Below are positions 28,642 to 38,081 of a stretch of DNA of 56,881 nucleotides, piece after piece. Below the pieces are notes generated by a model. It searched no databases and was not told where the DNA came from. It saw nothing but the letters and a program-made list of their open reading frames with translations. The position numbers were made by a program, and so were the translations under genes. Within the stretch, counting starts at the first letter, position 1, and each line of letters opens with the position of its first letter. Location of the stretch: NCBI GenBank assembly GCA_013044245.1, contig JABEVK010000066.1, forward strand, positions 1-56,881. The letters are read 5' to 3'. The DNA comes from Spirochaetales bacterium (GTDB lineage Bacteria > Spirochaetota > Spirochaetia > JABEVK01).

Positions 28642-29666
28642 CAACCGCCACGAGCGTTGACCCCAAAGCGGTGGTGGCCTATTACCGAACAGCATCGACG
28701 GGCGAACTGATTCAGCGCGCCGACGCCCTTTGCCGTTCGGTGCATGGAGACAAGGTCTGGTTGCGCGGGTTGGTCGAGTTTTCGAACTTTTGCGGAATGG
28801 ACTGCCAGTATTGCGGCATTCGCCATTCCAACAGCAAGGTCGAACGTTACCGGCTCACCCCCGAACAGATCATCGATCTCACCGTTCAAGGCCACGAAGC
28901 AGGTTTGCGGACCTTTGTCTTGCAGGGGGGCGAAGACCCGTGGTTTACCGCCGACCGGGTGGCCCAATTGCTCGACAGCATTAAAACGCGCACCAAAGGA
29001 GAGGTGGCTATCACCCTCAGTCTCGGCATACGCCCCCGCGAAACCTTCCGTTTGTGGAAAAACGCCGGTGCCGACCGGTACTTGATGCGCTTTGAAACCT
29101 CGGATCCCGACCTGCATGCGCGTTTGCGCTGTGGTGTTTCGCTGGAACGACGTCTTGAGGCGTTAGACGATCTGCGCGACTTGGGTTGGGAAGTGGGTTC
29201 CGGCTTTATGGTGGGTTTACCCGGAGAAACCGAAGAGACTCGTATCCGAAACGCTTTACTGTGTTATGAGAAGCACTTTGACATGGTGGGAATTGGGCCT
29301 TTTATTCCTCACCCCGAAACCCCTTTAGCCCAGGCTCCCCAACAACCCTTGGAGCTGGCGCTACGAGCCACCGCCCTGGTTCGCCTCCTTTTACCCTTGG
29401 CTAATATGCCAGCCACAACAGCGGCTGGAAGTCTTGATAAACAAGGCCGTGAAAAAATGATGGCCGCCGGTGCCAATGTGCTCATGCCCAACATTACTCC
29501 CGAAGACGTAAAAAAGAACTACTTGTTATACCCGAATAAAATCTGCTTAGATGAATCGGGTTTCGAATGCATCAACTGCCTCGATATCCGTACCCATCTG
29601 GTACAAAAAACCATCGACTACGCCCGCGGCGACAGCCCTTCGTGGAGGTCGGGTCAATCCGAATGA
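28638..29666 (+). CDS. hydE: [FeFe]-hydrogenase radical SAM maturase HydE
   Basis: RGLVEFSNFCGMDCQYCG, GADRYLMRFET, GIGPFIPHPETP, PATTA, AGANVLMPN, YLLYPNK. Confidence 0.95.
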   Translation: MTTATSVDPKAVVAYYRTASTGELIQRADALCRSVHGDKVWLRGLVEFSNFCGMDCQYCGIRHSNSKVERYRLTPEQIIDLTVQGHEAGLRTFVLQGGEDPWFTADRVAQLLDSIKTRTKGEVAITLSLGIRPRETFRLWKNAGADRYLMRFETSDPDLHARLRCGVSLERRLEALDDLRDLGWEVGSGFMVGLPGETEETRIRNALLCYEKHFDMVGIGPFIPHPETPLAQAPQQPLELALRATALVRLLLPLANMPATTAAGSLDKQGREKMMAAGANVLMPNITPEDVKKNYLLYPNKICLDESGFECINCLDIRTHLVQKTIDYARGDSPSWRSGQSE

Positions 29667-29682
29667 CTTTGGGACATACAGA

Positions 29683-31005
29683 ATGACAGAGACAGAGAAA
29701 GCCGCAACAAACTTTGGTCGTTCTCAAACCCCTCGAGAGGTGATTTGCGCCTACGCTTTTGTCAAAGAAGCGGCTTTACGAGCGGTTCAAGAGGTCGAAA
29801 CCCGGTTTACCTTGCCAGAGTTTGACGTTCTTTTGACGGTTCTGACCGAAATCCGGGATGGGTTACACGACGAGCTGTTCATCTTGCCACTGGAACAAGG
29901 CGGTGCAGGTACCAGTCTCAACATGAACCTCAACGAGGTGGCCGCCAAGCTCGCCAGCCAGCGTGCTGGGCGTGTCTTTCACCCGCTCGACGACCTTAAC
30001 CGGTATCAGTCGACGAATGATACCTTTTCAACAGCGGTAACGATACTGGCCTATCAAGACCTCGTTCACCTCGAAAAAAAAGTCATCGCCTGGCAAGAAA
30101 AGCTCGTGTCTCGGGAACAACAGTACGCCCATATCCTCGCCCCAGCCCGGACCGAATATCAAGATGCGTTACCCATTACGGTCGGCCAAATGTTCGGCTC
30201 ATGGGCCGGTCCGGTCGAACGTGACCGCTGGCGGTTAGCAAAGCTCAAAGAGCGTATTCGCTCAATCGCGTTGGGCGGAACTGCCGTGGGAACCGGGTTT
30301 GGCGCCCCTGTTCGGTATGTATTTGCCGCCGAAAAGCATCTCAGACGTCTCACTGGCCTCCCCTTAGCCCGTAGTCAGAACCTTAGTGACGAAATCGCCC
30401 ACCTTGATAAATACGCAGAATTAGCCGGAGGCTACCGGCTTGTCGCCGAAAACCTCTTTCGTTGGGCGGGTGATCTGCTGTTTTTAACGTCCAGTCCTGT
30501 GGGAGAATTCCGGCACCCCAACCTTCAAGCTGGCTCTTCTTTGATGGCCGCCAAAACCAACCCTGTTCTTCTTGAGTTCATTCAAGGCCTAGCCGTCGAG
30601 GTGCAAGGCGAATGTTTTAAAATTTCATTGGGCAGTCAGTCTGGTCGGCTGGCGCTCAATGCGTTTCTACCCTTTGTCCTAAAGAATCTTCTGACCATTC
30701 ACAGCGCGTTAAGTCGTGCCCTTGATGCGGCGGTCACACTCCTGGACCTCCTCGAAGTTCGCGAAAACGTCCTTTTAGATCACTTAGCGCATTCGGCAGC
30801 CTTGGCCAATGCGCTTGTTCCTTTACTCGGCTACGACCGCGTCAAAACCGTCCTGGCCGCCTGGGAGGCCTCACCTCCCACCTCTTGGTCCAGCGCCGAA
30901 GCACTCTTAGCCCAAGAACTTGGGCTGTCGGGCGCCGAGGTGGCCGCCCTGTTAGATACTCAAAGCCTCACTACCTACTTAGCCCCCGTCAAGGAGCCTT
31001 TATGA
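29683..31005 (+). CDS. aspA: aspartate ammonia-lyase-like (fumarase/aspartase superfamily)
   Basis: QGGAGTSLNMNLNE, QSTNDTF, RTEYQDA, LGGTAVGTG, QAGSSLMAAKTNP. Start uncertain (29683 vs 29551). Confidence 0.8.
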   Translation: MTETEKAATNFGRSQTPREVICAYAFVKEAALRAVQEVETRFTLPEFDVLLTVLTEIRDGLHDELFILPLEQGGAGTSLNMNLNEVAAKLASQRAGRVFHPLDDLNRYQSTNDTFSTAVTILAYQDLVHLEKKVIAWQEKLVSREQQYAHILAPARTEYQDALPITVGQMFGSWAGPVERDRWRLAKLKERIRSIALGGTAVGTGFGAPVRYVFAAEKHLRRLTGLPLARSQNLSDEIAHLDKYAELAGGYRLVAENLFRWAGDLLFLTSSPVGEFRHPNLQAGSSLMAAKTNPVLLEFIQGLAVEVQGECFKISLGSQSGRLALNAFLPFVLKNLLTIHSALSRALDAAVTLLDLLEVRENVLLDHLAHSAALANALVPLLGYDRVKTVLAAWEASPPTSWSSAEALLAQELGLSGAEVAALLDTQSLTTYLAPVKEPL

Positions 31006-32246
31006 GCAATCCCCAAGCCACCCCACTCGCCGAACGGCTGTCCATTGTCTTTTACGGCTTACGAAATGCCGGAAAGTCAAGTTTGTTGAACTCGTTTTTA
31101 GGAACCGCCACCGCCATCGTCTCGGCGGAACCAGGAACGACAACCGACCCTGTAACACGAGCCTTTGAACTGGGAACTTTAGGTCCCGTCGCCCTTACCG
31201 ACACAGCAGGTCTTGATGATGAAGGCGAGCTTGGTCAGCTTCGGGTGCAAAAAAGCCGCGAAAAGTTGTCCGTCTGTGATGTGCCCGTTTTGGTTACTCG
31301 TTCCGACCTGCCCCCCTCCCCTCTTGAGACGGACTTGTGGGAAGAGCTCATCGCCAAAAAACCAGCGATGACTTTGGTACTCACCCATGCCGATTTGGGA
31401 CTCCACCCCGACAAAAAGACTTGGGCCGAACTTCGCGGAGGGGTGAGCGTTAATAACTTGACCGGCGACGGTATTCTCGAATTTCGTAAGCTCCTTCAAA
31501 AAAAAGCCGCGCTGGCGGAACGCGAGATCTCACCACTCGAGGGTTTGGTGAACGAAAATGACTTTCTTATCCTTGTCACCCCGATTGATCTGGCCGCCCC
31601 AAAAGGCCGCCTGATTTTGCCTCAAGTTGAAACGATTCGCGATGTTCTGGACAAGGACTGCGCTTGTTTGATCGTGAAAGAACGCGAGTTGAAAAGCTTT
31701 TACGACCGTCTTGGTGTTAAACCAAAGCTGGTTATCTGTGACAGCCAGGTGTTTTCAAAAGTCGCATCGGATATTCCCGAAGAACAACCGCTGACCTCGT
31801 TTTCTATCGTCTTTGCCCGTAAAAAGGGCGATTTAGGGGTCTACCTTGATGGCATTGCCGCCTTGGAATCTATTAAGCCGGGAGCCAAGATTCTTGTTCT
31901 TGAAGCCTGCGCCCACCATCAACAGGCCGATGACATTGGAACGGTTAAGATTCCCCGACTGTTTCATCAAATGGTCCAATCGCGAGCCGTCTTTGAACAC
32001 AAACGCGAGATACCCGACGATGAAGAGCTCAAGAAATATGCCTTGGTCGTCAATTGCGCAGGTTGCATGGTCTCGCGCAATAAAATGCTGACACGTATCG
32101 ATAAGCTCAAGGAGCTGGGAGTACCTGTCATCAATTATGGCTTATTCTTGGCCTGGGCAAACGGTCTTCTGCCTCGGGCGGTACTACCCTTCCCCGAAGC
32201 AGAAGTTCTGGTGTCACGCCTTAGCGCAAAGTCTTCCACGACATAG
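31002..32246 (+). CDS. hydF: [FeFe]-hydrogenase maturation GTPase HydF
   Basis: GLRNAGKSS, GTTTDPV, DTAG, APKGRLILPQV, CDSQ, LTSFSI, EACAHH...DIG.VKIP, NCAGCM, NYG. Confidence 0.95.
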   Translation: MSNPQATPLAERLSIVFYGLRNAGKSSLLNSFLGTATAIVSAEPGTTTDPVTRAFELGTLGPVALTDTAGLDDEGELGQLRVQKSREKLSVCDVPVLVTRSDLPPSPLETDLWEELIAKKPAMTLVLTHADLGLHPDKKTWAELRGGVSVNNLTGDGILEFRKLLQKKAALAEREISPLEGLVNENDFLILVTPIDLAAPKGRLILPQVETIRDVLDKDCACLIVKERELKSFYDRLGVKPKLVICDSQVFSKVASDIPEEQPLTSFSIVFARKKGDLGVYLDGIAALESIKPGAKILVLEACAHHQQADDIGTVKIPRLFHQMVQSRAVFEHKREIPDDEELKKYALVVNCAGCMVSRNKMLTRIDKLKELGVPVINYGLFLAWANGLLPRAVLPFPEAEVLVSRLSAKSSTT

Positions 32247-33000
32247 GAAAGGTAACCGAGCCGCCGAAATCGGCGCCGATCACAAACCTGTGCCACAAAC
32301 TCAAACAAGGGATCTCCACAAGGCCATACAGGCTTTTTCCGGGGTCGAGCGTTGTTTTTCGTAGTAGATTCGCCCTTAGATAATGAACGCGATCTACCAA
32401 CTGGCGCCGTTCCACGGCATGCTGAATCTCACTGTTGGTTTGATTGTCGTTGACTTCGTCAAGGGTATGTCGGTCATGTTTGTTTCCCGATGCCGCCCCT
32501 GGGACACTGATAATTGTCGTGGCCAGGTTCATCGTCGAGGTCAACGCATACGAGGTATCGGAGTTTTGGACCGCTTGTCGAGCTTGTTCAATGAGCTTTT
32601 CGGCGTCTAATGCCACTAATTTCGTAGGGGGTGCAAGGTAGGCAACGACACTTGAGGCGTTTTGCGGAAGTAGCTCCTCGGGAGGCTTCCCCATATACCC
32701 AGGAACAACTTCAGCAAAGAAATTTTCGCTACTCACTAAAATTGGCGCCGACGAGGTGTTTGTTACTTGCACAACAACGTGTTCTACACCCTGGTCACCC
32801 AGACCTTGATCCCCTTGGTTAACGAAGTATTTAAAAGAAAGCTCAACCTTCGCTTGCGGGGTAATGCCCTGATAAAATCCCGACCCATGATTCCAACTCG
32901 TAGGAATTCCTTCAGGGACAACCGTGATCGTCGTACAGGATGAAAGGGCAATGGCGCTGAGGGCTCCGGCTAAAATTAAGGTTAATTTCATATTTTTCAC
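32221..33000 (-). CDS. hypothetical lipoprotein
   Basis: MKLTLILAGALSAIALSSC lipobox; C-terminal LRKTTLDPG. Confidence 0.75.
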   Translation of the reverse strand: MKNMKLTLILAGALSAIALSSCTTITVVPEGIPTSWNHGSGFYQGITPQAKVELSFKYFVNQGDQGLGDQGVEHVVVQVTNTSSAPILVSSENFFAEVVPGYMGKPPEELLPQNASSVVAYLAPPTKLVALDAEKLIEQARQAVQNSDTSYALTSTMNLATTIISVPGAASGNKHDRHTLDEVNDNQTNSEIQHAVERRQLVDRVHYLRANLLRKTTLDPGKSLYGLVEIPCLSLWHRFVIGADFGGSVTFPMSWKTLR

Positions 33001-33072
33001 GATAACATGATTACCTCTTGTCGAAAAGCTCGATTTTTCTTAGAACGACTCCAGCGATAAGGCGGAAAATCT

Positions 33073-33948
33073 ATGAATCCTCAAAAAGAAAAATATGAAG
33101 CTGATAAGTTGGCCAAAAGACTGCGTCATTACACAGGTGACGCCATCCACGATTTCAACATGATAGAAGATGGCGACCGGGTTATGGTCTGTGTGTCGGG
33201 GGGTAAGGATAGCTTTAGTCTGCTTCATCTGTTGATGAGTCTTCAGCGCAATGCTCCGGTACACTTCGACTTAATCGCGGTCAACCTTGATCAAAAGCAA
33301 CCAGGCTTTCCCGCGCATATTCTTCCCGAGTACTTTCAAAAGCTAGGCATTGAATACCGTATTGTGGAGCGCGATACCTATAGCATTGTCCGTCGTCTTA
33401 TCCCTGCCGGGCAAACGACGTGTAGTCTCTGCTCGCGCCTCCGGCGTGGCATCTTGTATAAAACGGCCGATGAACTTGGTGCCACCAAAATCGCCTTAGG
33501 GCACCACCGGGACGACCTTCTTGAAACCTTATTCCTGAACATGTTCTACGGAGGCAAACTCAAAGCGATGCCGCCTAAACTCATTAGCGATGACGGTCGG
33601 CATATTGTCATTCGGCCCCTAGCCTACTGCCGCGAAAAAGATATTGAAAAGTTTTCGCAAATTCAGGAGTTTCCCATTATCCCGTGCGATTTATGTGGAA
33701 GTCAGCCTAACCTGCAACGAAAGGTCATCAAAAATATGATGCGTGATTGGGATCATCGCTTTCCCGGCTCATTAGAATCGATGCTCCGAGCCGTGCAGAA
33801 CGTGGTTCCTTCGCATTTAGCCGACCCCAAGCTTTACGATTTTCGCAACCTTAAAACCCAAGAATTCCCCTTCCCAGGCGGGGATTTAGCGTTTGATGAG
33901 GATTGCGCTGTCGCAGGCTTTGACCTTCGGCCGATCCCGAACGCTTAA
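33073..33948 (+). CDS. ttcA: tRNA 2-thiocytidine(32) synthetase
   Basis: [43 protein letters not shown]. Confidence 0.96.
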   Translation: MNPQKEKYEADKLAKRLRHYTGDAIHDFNMIEDGDRVMVCVSGGKDSFSLLHLLMSLQRNAPVHFDLIAVNLDQKQPGFPAHILPEYFQKLGIEYRIVERDTYSIVRRLIPAGQTTCSLCSRLRRGILYKTADELGATKIALGHHRDDLLETLFLNMFYGGKLKAMPPKLISDDGRHIVIRPLAYCREKDIEKFSQIQEFPIIPCDLCGSQPNLQRKVIKNMMRDWDHRFPGSLESMLRAVQNVVPSHLADPKLYDFRNLKTQEFPFPGGDLAFDEDCAVAGFDLRPIPNA

Positions 33949-33963
33949 AACGAGAAAAATTTC

Positions 33964-34009
33964 TTGACTTTCTCAAGACGGAAGGACATTATACTCATAT
34001 TGAACATAA
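33964..34009 (+). promoter_or_regulatory. nadA promoter with NadQ-type operator TTATACTCA-TAT-TGAACATAA (33989-34009)
   Basis: TTGACT(33964)-17-CATTAT; near-perfect 21-bp palindrome matching ttATRCTCa-N3-tGAGYATaa and overlapping -10. Confidence 0.8.
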
Positions 34010-34019
34010 GGGGGTCTGA

Positions 34020-35027
34020 ATGACTACCACCCTTCCGGCTTTCACACCGGAGGTACGCCAGCGAACTGCTGCGCTGTACGCTAAACTCAAGAACCATATT
34101 CCCGAGGTGGAGTGGGCCTTGACTGCGCCAATCATCGACGAGATACGCCGTCTTAAAACCCAAAAGAACGCTCTTGTCCTGGCACACAACTATATGACTC
34201 CCGATATTTTTCATGGTGTTGCCGACATTGTCGGCGATAGCCTGGCACTAGCTCGTGAAGCGGCTCGCGCTAAAGCCGACATTATTGTCATGTGCGGCGT
34301 TCACTTTATGGCAGAAACTGTCAAAATTCTAAACCCCGAGGCCAAGGTCCTTATTGCGGATTTAGAAGCAGGTTGTTCTCTTGCCGATTCCATTACCCCC
34401 GAAGATGTCGCCGGGTTACGACGCCGGTATCCTGGTGCCCCTGTGGTGACCTACGTTAACACCTCTGCCGCTGTCAAAGCCGCCAGTGATATTTGCTGTA
34501 CCTCCGGTAATGCCCTGCAAGTCGTCGAATCGCTCGAGTCCGACGAGGTTATTTTTATTCCCGACCGTTATTTGGCCCGCAATATTGCCCGCCAAACCAA
34601 AAAGACGATCAGGATCTGGGAAGGCGCCTGTGAAGTCCACGAAAAATTCACCCCTCAAGACCTCGATCAGATGCGACACGATTACCCTGGTGTAACCATC
34701 ATGGCGCACCCTGAATGCCCCCCCGAGGTGGTGCAAGCGGCCGATTATGCCGGTTCAACAGCGCAAATGATCCGTTTTGTGCAAGACAAGCACCCCTCAC
34801 GAGTCGCGCTCATTACCGAGTGCTCGATGAGCGACAACGTTGCTGTCCAATTTACCGGTATAGATTTTATTCGCCCTTGCAACCTATGCCCGCACATGAA
34901 AAAAATCACCCTTCCTAAAATTCTGGACACCTTGGAAAACGAAAGTCCCGAAGTCACGGTGGACCCTCAGTTCATTGAGCCAGCCCGCCGGGCGATTGAA
35001 AGGATGTTGGCTGTTCAGGCAGGCTAA
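34020..35027 (+). CDS. nadA: quinolinate synthase A
   Basis: [53 protein letters not shown]. Confidence 0.97.
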   Translation: MTTTLPAFTPEVRQRTAALYAKLKNHIPEVEWALTAPIIDEIRRLKTQKNALVLAHNYMTPDIFHGVADIVGDSLALAREAARAKADIIVMCGVHFMAETVKILNPEAKVLIADLEAGCSLADSITPEDVAGLRRRYPGAPVVTYVNTSAAVKAASDICCTSGNALQVVESLESDEVIFIPDRYLARNIARQTKKTIRIWEGACEVHEKFTPQDLDQMRHDYPGVTIMAHPECPPEVVQAADYAGSTAQMIRFVQDKHPSRVALITECSMSDNVAVQFTGIDFIRPCNLCPHMKKITLPKILDTLENESPEVTVDPQFIEPARRAIERMLAVQAG

Positions 35028-35030
35028 GTT

Positions 35031-36560
35031 GTGAGAATAGAAGCCTGGGATGCGGTTGTCGTCGGAACTGGCCTTGCGGGGATGACGGCGGCCTTGGCCC
35101 TGAGTCCGCTAAAAACCCTTCTGATCACAAAAACAGATACCCTTGAAAGTGGATCAACTCCTTGGGCTCAAGGCGGTGTGGCCTTTCCCGCTGATGAACA
35201 GGATATCCCGGTCCATATTCAAGATACGCTTGAAGCCGGTAGCCATGCCGGCAATCAAGCCGTTGTAGAGTTTTTGATTCGTCAAGCACCGCTCGCTCTG
35301 TCCTGGTTAGAAAATCAGGGCTTCTCTTTTGACCACGGCGTCGATGGCCAATATGATCGCGGTCAAGAAGGGTCACACTCTCGCCGGCGGATTTTGCATG
35401 CGGGCGGCGACGCCACAGGGGCCGCTTTATCCCGCTTCTTTGCAAAAAAAGTCACACAAGCTTCTCATGTTTCGGTGCGAACTCAAATCTTCGCCGTTGA
35501 CCTCGCAACCGACCCTTATGGTGTTTCGGGTGTCTGGCTTTGGGACGCTCAGGGGGCGCTTTTAGTGACCACGCGACGGGTAATTCTGGCCACAGGCGGC
35601 TGGGGTCAAGTCTTTCCTCGTACAACAGCACCGGTCGAAGCTACCGGAGATGGCGCCGTGATGGCCTTTCGTTCGGGTGCGGACCTGCGCGACCCCGAGA
35701 TGATTCAGTTTCACCCTACAGGACTTGAGACAACCAAATCGGGACAAGTTCCGCTTTTAACGGAAGCTCTTCGGGGAGAAGGGGCACCTTTGATCACAGC
35801 CTCTCACGAAAAGGACTTAACCCCATTGACCATTCCCCATCCGTTAGGAGCCTTAGGCCCACGCGACACCGTAGCTCGCGCCGTATTTTTACGCCGTCAG
35901 CAAGGCTTTGGTGTCTGGCTGGATGTGCGAAGCATCCCCCACTTAGAACAACACTTTCCGACTGCCGTTTCGGTTGCGCACCAGAGTGGCTTCAACCCCC
36001 TTCAGGAACCACTCCCAGTTATCCCGGTCGCACACTACATCATGGGTGGCGTCAAAACAAATCGTTCGGGCGGTACTCGTGTTCCCGGTCTGTACGTCAT
36101 CGGCGAAGCCGCCTCCAGTGGCGTTCACGGGGCAAATCGTTTGGCCTCAAATAGCCTTTTAGAGTGCTTGGTCTTTGGTCTAGCCAGTGCTAACGCGGCA
36201 GTACACCAGGTCACGCCCCCCATTGTTACCCCCATCACAACACCACAGCGCCTGCAGGGCCCCCTGGTTCCTCTTCAAGAGATTGAACGTTTTAGAAAGC
36301 AATTACGCGATGTTACCTATCAATCAGGCGGTCCCGTGCGCAACGGGCAGGAACTCCAAGACGGCTTAAACCAGCTAGAAAAATTGACTCAAGAGTGGCG
36401 CCGATCTGCTGTTGTGCCGCTGTCAGACCAGACCACGCGCGAACACCTCCAAGCCTTTATCGAAACAGATAACCTCTTGGTTCTGTCCCGGCAAATTCTT
36501 AGGGCGGCGCTTGCTCGAGGTTCTAGCCTGGGGGCTCACTACCGCAGTGATGCTCCATGA
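35031..36560 (+). CDS. nadB: L-aspartate oxidase
   Basis: GTGLAG, WAQGG, EGSHSRRRILH.GGDATG, QFHPT, TEALRGEG, HYIMGG, GVHGANRLASNSLLE, GAHYRSD. Confidence 0.95.
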   Translation: MRIEAWDAVVVGTGLAGMTAALALSPLKTLLITKTDTLESGSTPWAQGGVAFPADEQDIPVHIQDTLEAGSHAGNQAVVEFLIRQAPLALSWLENQGFSFDHGVDGQYDRGQEGSHSRRRILHAGGDATGAALSRFFAKKVTQASHVSVRTQIFAVDLATDPYGVSGVWLWDAQGALLVTTRRVILATGGWGQVFPRTTAPVEATGDGAVMAFRSGADLRDPEMIQFHPTGLETTKSGQVPLLTEALRGEGAPLITASHEKDLTPLTIPHPLGALGPRDTVARAVFLRRQQGFGVWLDVRSIPHLEQHFPTAVSVAHQSGFNPLQEPLPVIPVAHYIMGGVKTNRSGGTRVPGLYVIGEAASSGVHGANRLASNSLLECLVFGLASANAAVHQVTPPIVTPITTPQRLQGPLVPLQEIERFRKQLRDVTYQSGGPVRNGQELQDGLNQLEKLTQEWRRSAVVPLSDQTTREHLQAFIETDNLLVLSRQILRAALARGSSLGAHYRSDAP

Positions 36561-37489
36561 GCGGGTTTACGATTCGGTCTCTGCCCGGTCGGGTACACCA
36601 CTGGATTGAGGGTCTAGAAGCTTGGGGGCGCGAAGAACATCGGCGACTCGAAGGACAAACTCCCCTACCGCTCGAGGGCGAAACTCTTGCCTATAGTCCT
36701 CAAGGAAGCAAGGAACTCTTCTGGGTAACTAACACCTGGCAGTCTCCCGTTGAAATCCACTTTACTTCAATTACCGACGCCGCACAGGCTCTACGAAGCC
36801 TGGGCGCCCTTTGGTCGCCTGTTCCGGGTCGCTTTCATCGCCGCGCGGCGTTGATTCAAGAAAAGCTGCCTTATCTTTCACTCAAGCCCAAGAGCTTTCC
36901 TTTTCGCTTGCCTTCGGCCCCGCTAGGAGCCTGGACCCTGCTTAACGAAACGACCCTTTGGGCCTCGCCGGTTTGCACTAACCCCTTCCCTGAGGGCAAG
37001 CCACCCCTTCTTGAAAACAAACTTGACCCGCCCAGTTCGGCGTATGCCAAACTCCAAGAAGCGCTTCTCTACTATGGCGCCGTACCCCAACCGGGCGACC
37101 TCTGTCTCGATGCAGGCGCCGCCCCCGGCGGTTGGACTTGGGTGCTCCTCAATTTAGGCGCTCGGGTTATGAGTTTTGACCGCGCGCCCTTAGACGTTCG
37201 GCTTAGTCACCATCCAGGGCTAACTCACCGCCAACAGGATGCATTCACCCTAAAACCCGAACACGTTGACCCGCTAGACTGGTTTGTCTGTGATGTGGTT
37301 TGCTACCCCGCCAAATTGTGGGATTGGCTTCAAGCTTGGCTGGACAGCGGAAAGGTTGAGCACTTTATTGTGACCATTAAAATGCAGGGCGAGCCGGATT
37401 GGGAAACCCTAGAACGCTTTGCGCACGTACCAGGGTCCCGTTTACGTCATTTAGCACACAACAAGCACGAGTTAACCTGGATGCTGTAA
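36557..37489 (+). CDS. RlmM/FtsJ-like SAM-dependent RNA 2'-O-methyltransferase
   Basis: PPSSAYAKLQEA, LDAGAAPGGWTWVL, DAF, CDVVC, VTIK, HNKHE. Confidence 0.85.
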   Translation: MSGFTIRSLPGRVHHWIEGLEAWGREEHRRLEGQTPLPLEGETLAYSPQGSKELFWVTNTWQSPVEIHFTSITDAAQALRSLGALWSPVPGRFHRRAALIQEKLPYLSLKPKSFPFRLPSAPLGAWTLLNETTLWASPVCTNPFPEGKPPLLENKLDPPSSAYAKLQEALLYYGAVPQPGDLCLDAGAAPGGWTWVLLNLGARVMSFDRAPLDVRLSHHPGLTHRQQDAFTLKPEHVDPLDWFVCDVVCYPAKLWDWLQAWLDSGKVEHFIVTIKMQGEPDWETLERFAHVPGSRLRHLAHNKHELTWML

Positions 37490-37493
37490 GCCC

Positions 37494-38081
37494 TTACAGG
37501 GTTTGACTAGCGTCGTACACCGTACCGTTGACGGTAATGGTTCCTGTTCTTGTCCCGGTAAAAACAGCACTTTGAGTTAAATTATACGTTAAGGTCGGAT
37601 CCAAAGACAGGGTTTGGCCACCTGTTGCGCTTAGAATTCCAAGCTCCGTAAACGTCAGTGTACTGCCATTGGACGCCGAGGGAACCGCGGTCTCGGTTCC
37701 CGAGATTGTCATTGAACCATTGATAACATAACCGCTCACAACATCAAAGTAGTTCGATAATACACAGTTAAAATGAAACTGGGTGACCGCACTACCGTTG
37801 GTACCAGACACGGAATACGCCCCTGTAATCGTCGCCTCGGCATTGTTCAACAGGCTGATGTTTCCGTTGGTGGTCACCGTTTGGGTTGCCAGATTTGGAA
37901 GCGCTGCTAGGCCTTGCTTCGTCACGTCGTCAACGGCGTACATAACATTGGCTACGCTATTTTGAACAGACCAGCTCGCTGAGGATAACGGGGGGTAAGA
38001 CGGTTCGCTAGGATACTGGCAGCTCACAAGGCCAACAAGACAAAGTGCGCTGCAATACCACTTGTTAAAGCGTTTGACTAT
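37494..38081 (-). CDS. Thr/Ser-rich lipoprotein, paralog of the upstream gene; start codon unclear
   Basis: Track ORF 37494-38027 starts at the lipobox. Its in-frame extension IVKRFNKWYCSALCLVGLVSC begins at ATA 38081. C-terminus GTITVNGTVYDASQTL. Confidence 0.7.
   Translation of the reverse strand: MVKRFNKWYCSALCLVGLVSCQYPSEPSYPPLSSASWSVQNSVANVMYAVDDVTKQGLAALPNLATQTVTTNGNISLLNNAEATITGAYSVSGTNGSAVTQFHFNCVLSNYFDVVSGYVINGSMTISGTETAVPSASNGSTLTFTELGILSATGGQTLSLDPTLTYNLTQSAVFTGTRTGTITVNGTVYDASQTL

Noticed and set aside
26994-32246. hydG/hydE read as thiH/bioB
   Set aside because: The C-terminal CX2CX22C in HydG, the YxxYPxK tail in HydE and the adjacent hydF and TM1266 genes indicate hydrogenase maturation.
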